A stretch of DNA of 64,000 nt from an uncultured delta proteobacterium. Lineage in GTDB: Bacteria > Desulfobacterota > Binatia > UBA9968. Positions within the stretch are counted from its first letter, which is position 1. Each line of letters starts with the position of its first letter. The position numbers and the translations under genes were made by a program. Below the pieces are notes generated by a model. That model had not been told where the DNA came from and searched no databases. It worked only from the letters and a program-made list of their open reading frames with translations. Shown in pieces: positions 57,194-64,000 of this stretch. The stretch covers positions 320,001 to 384,000 of the forward strand of contig CAWFJP010000030.1 in assembly GCA_963816145.1 (NCBI GenBank), written 5' to 3'.

Positions 57194-57856
57194 ATGGCCC
57201 CGATCAAAGTCGTGATTGCCGATGACCACACCCTCTTCCGCGAGGGATTGCGCAAAATCTTGTCTCTGGAAAAAGACATCCTCGTCGCAGGCGAAGCATC
57301 GAATGGCGAGGAAGCCGGCAAATTGGCCGAACGGATCAAACCGGATGTCTTGCTCATGGATCTCAAAATGCCCAAAAGCGATCTGGTGCAGAGTCTTCTC
57401 GAGATGAGTACATCGGCGCCCGCTACTAAAGTTCTCGTCCTTACCGCCTTCTCTGACGAAGAAAACGTCCTAAACGCAGCCAAGAGCGGCGCACGCGGCT
57501 ACGTTACCAAAGGTGTGCCCACGACCTCTTTGATTCAGGCCATTAAAACAATTTACGGCGGCGGCACCTGGGTCGATAAGGACATCCCCTGCTGGCAGGC
57601 TTTCGAGGAAATCGCCGGCAATAACACCGGTATGACTCGCGCCGTCACGCCGCTCGGCGATGAAAGCATTCAGTCGCTAACTAAACGCGAGCTGGAAATC
57701 CTAAAACTCGTCGCCGAGGGGCTGACCAACGAGGAGATCGGCAAGAAAATCTTTATTAGCGAGAAAACCGTCAAGACTCATTTAACCAATATCTTTGACA
57801 AACTTAAGGTGAATAACCGTTTCAAGGCGGCTCTGATGTTGATGGGGCAGCCGTAG
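57194..57856 (+). CDS. NarL/LuxR-family response regulator
   Basis: IADDH..FREGL, DVLLMDLKMP, LTKRELEILKLVAEGLTNEEI...ISEKTVKTHL. Confidence 0.95.
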   Translation: MAPIKVVIADDHTLFREGLRKILSLEKDILVAGEASNGEEAGKLAERIKPDVLLMDLKMPKSDLVQSLLEMSTSAPATKVLVLTAFSDEENVLNAAKSGARGYVTKGVPTTSLIQAIKTIYGGGTWVDKDIPCWQAFEEIAGNNTGMTRAVTPLGDESIQSLTKRELEILKLVAEGLTNEEIGKKIFISEKTVKTHLTNIFDKLKVNNRFKAALMLMGQP

Positions 57857-57988
57857 AATTAGTCCACAGACCCGCCCCTACAACGCGGCGGTTTGTGCAG
57901 GATTCGGCGCGCAAAACACGCTAAACCCATCAGGTTCCACGGATCATGATGAACATGATTGGATAATCTAACGATCACCCACGCCGGG

Positions 57989-59230
57989 ATGTCTATGACA
58001 CCGACAACGGATAACCAACACCCGACCCAGCTGGAACACGAATGGTTCCGCGAACGCGAACGCGCCGCGTCTTGGTTGCGCCTGGCGTTCGCCGTGATTG
58101 CTATCTTCGTGATCCAACTTAATCCGTCACGCGTCGCTCGTTATCCCTCGTTGTCGACGGTCGCTCTAATATCGTTCTTGATCTATAGCGCCGGCGCGGT
58201 TTGGTTGGTCTGGAAAAACAAGTTTCCGTTCATTTCTCTGGGGCCGATCAGTACCGCACTCGATACCATTTGGATCGCACTAATTGTTATTTCCACCGGC
58301 GGCACCAGAACGCCCTTTTTCATTTACTATTCGTTCCCGGTTATTACCGCGAGCCTGCGATGGGGCCTAAAAGGCAGCCTGCCGGTCGCCGGCATTGGCG
58401 TCGGCATCTACATCGCTATCCGTCTCACCCTAGCCGCCGAGTCCATCAGCGAGCCGATCGGCATCGACACCATCGTCGTGCGCAGCTTCTATCTATTCGC
58501 TCTCGCCGGTATTTTCGGATACGTCAGCGAGTTCGAACAAAAGCAAAATCGCAAGCTGCTGGCCTTCTCGCGCGCCGCCGGCGAGTTGGCGGCATTACAA
58601 GAGCGCCAGAGAATTATGTACGAGCTGCACGACGGCCTGCTCCAATCGCTGGCGACTATGATCCTGCACGTTGAAAGCTACCGGGCTCGGGCTCGATCGG
58701 GCGAAACAGCAAAGGAGTTAGCCGGCGAGCTCGGACAGTTAGAAGACATGTCCCGAAAAACCATGAACGAGATCCGCCAGTTTCTCGCCGGTAAAGAACC
58801 GACGCCGATCGCGCCGGGTACGCTGATGGAGAGACTCAAAGACGAGCTGCGCTTTCTCCAAGGGCTGGGCATCGAGGCTTTACTCGAATCCGATCCGGAA
58901 GAGCTCATTTTGCCGCCGGAGATCGAAAGAGAACTCTACTATGTGTTGCGCGAGGCGCTGACCAATATCACCCGTCACGCGCACGCGACGAGAGTTGCCA
59001 TAGATCTGCGCCAGAGAAATGACCGGGTCGACGGCTCGATTGAAGACAATGGCGTCGGCACGGATCTCTTTCGGGGTGTTCACGGTAACCGCGTCGGCAT
59101 GGCCAGCATGCGCGATCGCATCGAAAAAAAAGGGGGAGGATTCGAACTACAATCCTCCCCCGGGCACGGCTTCAAAATTATTTTTTCAGTCCCGCTAGAC
59201 TCGCCGAACCGGTTAGCGGTCAATCAATAA
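57989..59230 (+). CDS. Membrane-embedded sensor histidine kinase (HisKA_3)
   Basis: Several N-terminal TM helices, ERQRI..ELHDGLLQSL, REALTNI.RHA, DNGVG, G...MRDR; start uncertain. Confidence 0.92.
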   Translation: MSMTPTTDNQHPTQLEHEWFRERERAASWLRLAFAVIAIFVIQLNPSRVARYPSLSTVALISFLIYSAGAVWLVWKNKFPFISLGPISTALDTIWIALIVISTGGTRTPFFIYYSFPVITASLRWGLKGSLPVAGIGVGIYIAIRLTLAAESISEPIGIDTIVVRSFYLFALAGIFGYVSEFEQKQNRKLLAFSRAAGELAALQERQRIMYELHDGLLQSLATMILHVESYRARARSGETAKELAGELGQLEDMSRKTMNEIRQFLAGKEPTPIAPGTLMERLKDELRFLQGLGIEALLESDPEELILPPEIERELYYVLREALTNITRHAHATRVAIDLRQRNDRVDGSIEDNGVGTDLFRGVHGNRVGMASMRDRIEKKGGGFELQSSPGHGFKIIFSVPLDSPNRLAVNQ

Positions 59231-59287
59231 GACTCAACCCAAAAGCGCTCGCCCCACCTTACCTGCACGCCAGCGGACGATGCAAAC

Positions 59288-59638
59288 TTATTCACCCTTG
59301 GCAGGAACAAAAATCATCTTGGTGAGAAAGTTCTTTTCACCTTTGACAACATATTCCACTTGCGCGGACGAACCGAGTCCCACATCGGACATCTTCGCCT
59401 TCGTGTCGACAAGTTGGGTCGTCTTGGTTTTCGCGTTGATATCTACTGTGACAAGTTTGCCATCCTTGGTCACGACGATCATGTAATTCTTTTCCGTATC
59501 GAGTAAACCGATATCGCCGGCTACTTTCTCGGCCTTGGCCTTAGCTGGCTCAGCCTTCTTTTCCTGCGCCGCTGCTGGCGTTATCCAAGCCACTACCGCA
59601 GCAACTGCTATTCCGATTAACAAGTTCTTAGATCTCAT
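59288..59638 (-). CDS. Small secreted protein, PAKGE family, type B (paralog of 56143-56499)
   Basis: SPI signal (AAA-QE), mature region nearly identical to 56143-56499. Confidence 0.85.
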   Translation of the reverse strand: MRSKNLLIGIAVAAVVAWITPAAAQEKKAEPAKAKAEKVAGDIGLLDTEKNYMIVVTKDGKLVTVDINAKTKTTQLVDTKAKMSDVGLGSSAQVEYVVKGEKNFLTKMIFVPAKGE

Positions 59639-59695
59639 CCTCAGTCTCCTTATTAATTATTACCGCAATCCCACAGTAAAGAGTCGGCAGCCAAG

Positions 59696-60097
59696 TTACT
59701 CGCCTTTTGCCGGCAGGTACTCAACGTTGGTAGCGATATTTTTATCGCCTTGCTTAGTGTACGTCACGGTCGCCGACGACCCCAAACCTATGTCTGCGAC
59801 CTTCGACGGCTTTGGTGACCTCATCGTCGGCTGAAATTTAGGATCGTAATCCACCGTCACGAGCTTGCCATCTTTGGTGACGACAATCAGGTAATTCTTT
59901 TCAGTATCCAATAATCCGATGTCGCCGGCAATTTTAGTTGCTTTCGCCGGTGCCGCTTTCGCTTCGGGTTTTGCTGCCGCAGCAGGCGCAACCGGTGCCG
60001 GCTTGGCGACCATCTCCTCCTGCGACGAGCAAGCACTGAGCGCGAAAGCGAGCCCAACCACCGCAGCGGTATTCGTAATCGATAAATAATTTTTCAT
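59696..60097 (-). CDS. Small lipoprotein, PAKGE family, type A (paralog of 56550-56960)
   Basis: Lipobox LSAC, same core and YDPKFQP segment, ends PAKGE; GGAGG SD. Confidence 0.85.
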   Translation of the reverse strand: MKNYLSITNTAAVVGLAFALSACSSQEEMVAKPAPVAPAAAAKPEAKAAPAKATKIAGDIGLLDTEKNYLIVVTKDGKLVTVDYDPKFQPTMRSPKPSKVADIGLGSSATVTYTKQGDKNIATNVEYLPAKGE

Positions 60098-60116
60098 TGA
60101 TGCCTCCCAGTTATTA

Positions 60117-60176
60117 AGACTTAAGTCTCGTCTCTACGTCATTCGTCGTATACTTTACGAAGCGTCGGGTTGTCAA
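60117..60176 (-). promoter_or_regulatory. Candidate sigma70 promoter with downstream palindrome
   Basis: TTGACA (60176-60171)-18 nt-TATACG; perfect AGACTTAAGTCT at 60117-60128 just upstream of the SD. Confidence 0.5.
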
Positions 60177-60825
60177 GCGGATAAACCAGGATTCTTAAAA
60201 TGGTCGATTTTTTTGCCTAGATAATTGGTTTTACAGAGGGGAATGACCTGGCCAGCAGCAATAACCATTACCACACTTCATTCCGAGATATTCCGACAAT
60301 CGAACGCGACACTTAGTTGCGACAAAAGGCCTTGATGCTATTTAGGCAACTAAGCATGTGAGGTGCGCTGAGAACGCTTGGCTAAAGCTGGCTCACTCGC
60401 GAATGCCAACACTTCACGACTCACAATCCGCACCAACATCAGGCTTTCATCACGCAACGCGAAGCCCTTGGAAAGCCAAATATCACCATTGCAACCAAAT
60501 CCTCTATTTACCCCAAACTCATCTCGTCCTCGATGAATGATGATGGCTATCAAACCAGGCGATCATACCTGCAATCCAAAAGCGATGGCCCCACGCGCTC
60601 GCTCCAAGCAACATCTCGCTGCTCTCAGGTAGACCGTTCAACTCGCTCATAGCCATCCGACATCGCCAGCTCAGGATCGTTAGAATGGCAGCGAGACAGC
60701 CAAATTTGCAACTCGACTCAAGCCAATCGCGCAAGCGGTTCCAACCTCAACCTGGACATCGCCTCCACACCCTGGTCAAGTTGGTATTGATCTCACGCCC
60801 GTCCCGCACAAGGTCCACGCGAAAC

Positions 60826-60859
60826 AAAAAAAAGGGGAGCCCATGGGGCTCCCCCTTTT
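60826..60859 (-). terminator. Intrinsic terminator after porin gene
   Basis: aaaaaaaaggggagccc-atg-gggctcccctttt type hairpin with poly-T on the minus strand. Confidence 0.8.
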
Positions 60860-60887
60860 CGCTATATCACTTCTGCGGAGTTACAGC

Positions 60888-62429
60888 CTAGAAGGTGTAA
60901 CGCCAGTTCAAAGCCACCGTTACCCAGTCGCCGCCAACGCCACGCCGGCAATCGGTCGCGCCAGCGACTCCTACTTTGTCACAAATCCCAAGCGCATATC
61001 CAGCTTGGTTGGTGCGGTTGCCCAAGTTCGAGGCGTCATACCACAAGAAGTTCGCGCCTATGCTCATGCGCGGGGCGATGAAATACCATATATCCCACTC
61101 ACGGAGCAATATGCGGTTACGGTGGAATTGACCCAGCAGCGAGGTAGGGCCACCGCAAGCCAAAACACCGAAATCATTACAACTACTTGATATGTCGGTC
61201 CGCTCAAAGTGCGTGCCGACTAGGACTGAGCCAGTTTGGGTTGCCGACCCCGTCAGCCAGCCCTTTGGGCTCCACAAAAACAGGTCGTGACCGATCAACC
61301 AGTCATGAGCGCGTTTCTTACCAACCGAGCCGCCCTTGTCAGCGGCCTGCAAAAACTGAGTCATGGCACGCAGGGTGTAGGGCCCGACGTTCCACACCAA
61401 GCCTGGTCCAATCGCGATAGCGGTTCCTTTACCCACGCTGTCCGCCCCGGTGTCAAACAAGGACTGCCGGCCGCCGTCGCCATGATCCTGAATCCGGAAA
61501 CGTTCGAGGCAGACGGCGGAGCCCTCAGAGGCGCTGGGACTTCGGGTGTCGTTGTTACAGAACCAGGCGCCAGTCTCAAAGGTCAAGCCGCTGATCCATT
61601 TGTTCTTGACTTGCGAGAACGGCTGGATATTGCCGTACACGTTGAAGTTCTGACGGTCCGACATGGTCTGCGTGCCGTCGTCGCCTTCGGCGCTTGTCGA
61701 CATGCTGAATTGCAGCCTGCCGATGCGGCCGGGGATGCCAATGCCGCTTAGGCTTCTATCATCCCAGTTGAACGTCGCACCGCTGCCCGCGCGGCCGGTG
61801 TTGAAACCGTTGTTGCGGGTGAGCAAGTCATACTCCATCTGTGCGCCGGTGCTACCCGAGCCCTGACGAGACAAGCTGCTGCCTGAGGCATTTTGCACTT
61901 CCATGCCGAACTGCACGGTCGGCAACCATGGGCTGATGTCTTCGCCATGGAAGTAGACCGCGCCGCGCTGCAACATGGACCCTACGCCGGTCGCTTGGTT
62001 GTTCTTGCCGTTACCCGTGCCCCAGCCGTCGAGGTCGAGACTCGCTTCCATTTCCCACAAGCAGTTGTTGATGCAATAGAAGATACTCGGGCGGAAACGC
62101 CGGCCCATGAGCTGGCCGTTGGTCCGACCCTGCTGGTCGCGCCCGTTCTCAAAATTGTAGCGGAAGTGAGATTCCAAGGAGAACCGCAGCCCCCACGCCT
62201 TGTCCGCCGCCTCGATATTCACACCGTTGCCGGGACGATACGAAAACGAGGGCATCGCTGCTGCCGCCGCCGTCGCCTCCTTCTTCAGCTCGATCTGCTG
62301 TTCTTTTAGCTGCTGGAGTTCTTGCTCGAGCACACTGATCTTGTCACTGACGCTCTGGGCTTGAACCGTCCCCGCAGTTAAAAGGAAAGCAGCTAGCATG
62401 CTGGCTAACCACATTTTCTTTCTCATCAT
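60888..62429 (-). CDS. Putative outer-membrane porin (OprO/OprP-like architecture)
   Basis: Signal peptide, N-terminal coiled coil, amphipathic beta strands, C-terminal aromatic WRYTF; GGAGG SD. Confidence 0.75.
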   Translation of the reverse strand: MMRKKMWLASMLAAFLLTAGTVQAQSVSDKISVLEQELQQLKEQQIELKKEATAAAAAMPSFSYRPGNGVNIEAADKAWGLRFSLESHFRYNFENGRDQQGRTNGQLMGRRFRPSIFYCINNCLWEMEASLDLDGWGTGNGKNNQATGVGSMLQRGAVYFHGEDISPWLPTVQFGMEVQNASGSSLSRQGSGSTGAQMEYDLLTRNNGFNTGRAGSGATFNWDDRSLSGIGIPGRIGRLQFSMSTSAEGDDGTQTMSDRQNFNVYGNIQPFSQVKNKWISGLTFETGAWFCNNDTRSPSASEGSAVCLERFRIQDHGDGGRQSLFDTGADSVGKGTAIAIGPGLVWNVGPYTLRAMTQFLQAADKGGSVGKKRAHDWLIGHDLFLWSPKGWLTGSATQTGSVLVGTHFERTDISSSCNDFGVLACGGPTSLLGQFHRNRILLREWDIWYFIAPRMSIGANFLWYDASNLGNRTNQAGYALGICDKVGVAGATDCRRGVGGDWVTVALNWRYTF

Positions 62430-62757
62430 TGCCTCCTTTTGCCTCCCTGAAAATTGACTACTTAATTAGTCCTACTTCCGCCGTTTTTTAGCCTATGCAC
62501 CTAATTCTGTCAAGCCAAAAGTAGTAAATTGGAAAAGTATACCGATTATTTATAGGCTTTTAGTACCGGATTTGGCACTTTTAACCTACTCATTGACCAT
62601 CTGTCAAGCCTTAAGTCGTAAGACTAAACGGGTTTTTCTACCGTCGCCATGAGCATTGTAAGTTTTGGAATTACCAAAAGAACTTCTGATCCCACGGCAT
62701 CACGCACCTAGGAATGGTTGTTAACCAGAAACGGCTTGGCTAAACTCGGTCACCGAG

Positions 62758-63519
62758 ATGTTGGCAAAAAGAATTATTCCCTGCCTCGATGTCAAAGCCG
62801 GAAGAGTCGTCAAAGGGGTAAAATTTCTCGAACTGCGCGATGCCGGCGACCCCGTGGAGGTCGCGCGCGTCTACGATCGCGAAGGTGCCGATGAGCTATG
62901 TTTTCTCGACATCACCGCATCCCACGAACAGCGAGGCATCATCCTCGATGTAGTTGCTCGCACCGCGGAGCAAGTCTTCATGCCCCTTACAGTCGGCGGC
63001 GGCATCAACCAAGTCGGTGATATTCGCGCTCTGCTCCAGGCTGGCGCCGATAAGACATCGATCAACACCGGGGCGGTCAAGCGACCGGAGTTCGTCCGCG
63101 AAGCCGCGCAGATGTTCGGCAGCCAGTGCATCGTCGTCGCCATCGACGCCAAGCGTGTCGGCGATCACTGGGAAGTGTTTACCCACGGTGGGCGGAATCC
63201 CACCGGAATCGATGCCTGCGAGTGGGCCGAGCGCATGGAGAAATATGGCGCTGGAGAGATCCTGCTCACCAGCATGGATCGCGATGGCACCAAGGCAGGC
63301 TATGATTTGGCACTGACCAGGGCGATCTCAGATCGTGTCGCGATTCCGGTCATCGCCTCCGGTGGCGTAGGCAATTTGGCGCATATCTACGATGGGCTCA
63401 CCGAAGGTAAAGCCAGCGCAGCTCTCGCGGCGTCGATCTTTCATTTCCGCGAGTACTCCATCGCCGACTGCAAGAAGTATTTGCAGAGCCGCGGCGTCTG
63501 TGTTCGGCCGGTGCGTTAG
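62758..63519 (+). CDS. hisF: Imidazole glycerol phosphate synthase subunit HisF
   Basis: [43 protein letters not shown]. Confidence 0.97.
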   Translation: MLAKRIIPCLDVKAGRVVKGVKFLELRDAGDPVEVARVYDREGADELCFLDITASHEQRGIILDVVARTAEQVFMPLTVGGGINQVGDIRALLQAGADKTSINTGAVKRPEFVREAAQMFGSQCIVVAIDAKRVGDHWEVFTHGGRNPTGIDACEWAERMEKYGAGEILLTSMDRDGTKAGYDLALTRAISDRVAIPVIASGGVGNLAHIYDGLTEGKASAALAASIFHFREYSIADCKKYLQSRGVCVRPVR

Positions 63520-63535
63520 CTTAGTCGAAGATTGA

Positions 63536-63667
63536 CTCGCGCAAAGGCGCCAAGGCCGCAAAGGTGACGGGGCGATACCGGCCATCCCAGCGAATGCGAG
63601 GGATTTAAGGAGACTTCTCCCTGCGGTCGAACTAATAACGAATCCGAACTTGGCGCCTTTGCGCGAG
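63536..63667. repeat. Composite palindromic repeat / MITE-like element
   Basis: Perfect 19-bp terminal inverted repeat ctcgcgcaaaggcgccaag / cttggcgcctttgcgcgag; homologous to 18398-18527. Confidence 0.75.
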
Positions 63668-63695
63668 ATATTCCGGGTTCCCGCACAGTCAGTCT

Positions 63696-64000
63696 TTAAA
63701 ACACCGCACGTTTGCGCGGTGGATCGTAGAACGGCAGCTTGACAACGGTCGCGCTGGCGCTTTTTTGGCGGTGATCGACGGTGACTTCGACATTGACCTG
63801 TGTACCAACTGACATGCAGGCTTTTTCGAGGGTCGCTAGAGCGAAATATTTTTTTAGCGCTGGGGACCAGGCGCCGGTAGTCGCGTAGCCGACCTGCCGA
63901 TCGTCTTTGCGTAACGGCACACTGCCGCGCCAGGCGGCCAACGGGTATTGCGGCGCCAGACCCTCCTGTTGGTAGAGATACTCGTAATCTAACAAGTTGA
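63696..64000 (-). CDS. Aminomethyltransferase (GcvT family), C-terminal part
   Basis: QVGYATTGAWSPALKKYFALA ... VVKLPFYDPPRK C-terminal barrel; 5' end outside window. Confidence 0.85.
   Translation of the reverse strand, partial: NLLDYEYLYQQEGLAPQYPLAAWRGSVPLRKDDRQVGYATTGAWSPALKKYFALATLEKACMSVGTQVNVEVTVDHRQKSASATVVKLPFYDPPRKRAVF

Noticed and set aside
56143-62429. Prophage or integrative island interpretation
   Set aside because: No integrase, att sites, tRNA or phage genes seen

Overview
A GC-rich bacterial chromosomal window with about 60 genes. I found no rRNA, tRNA, CRISPR array or intact transposase. The gene content and intergenic repeat style resemble Binatia / 'Deltaproteobacteria'-type environmental genomes (inference only). 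The left half (1-31 kb) is an accessory catabolic and uptake region. It holds nine ABC substrate-binding proteins with no permease, two Rieske oxygenase alpha subunits, maiA, a TPP enzyme, a bicupin, an amidase, an SDR and two cytoplasmic BNR beta-propellers. It also holds an unusual four-gene unit of two paralogous ferritin-like proteins, one with intact diiron ligands and one without, each followed by its own 2[4Fe-4S] ferredoxin. A signal-peptide leader ORF and an SD-sequestering stem precede terC, an architecture like SecM/MifM. The middle holds a QseE/G/F(GlrK/R)-like system, rmuC, aguAB, mazG and an FhlA-like sigma54 activator with a visible promoter and UAS upstream of a diiron protein. 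The right half holds core genes (ssb, plsC, rnj, ftsK, lolA, rimO, dksA-like, hisF). It also holds a duplicated pair of small secreted proteins, all ending in PAKGE, bracketing a NarL-type two-component system next to a porin, with a shared palindromic operator. MITE/REP-like elements and 7-9-bp inverted tandem repeats are frequent between genes.
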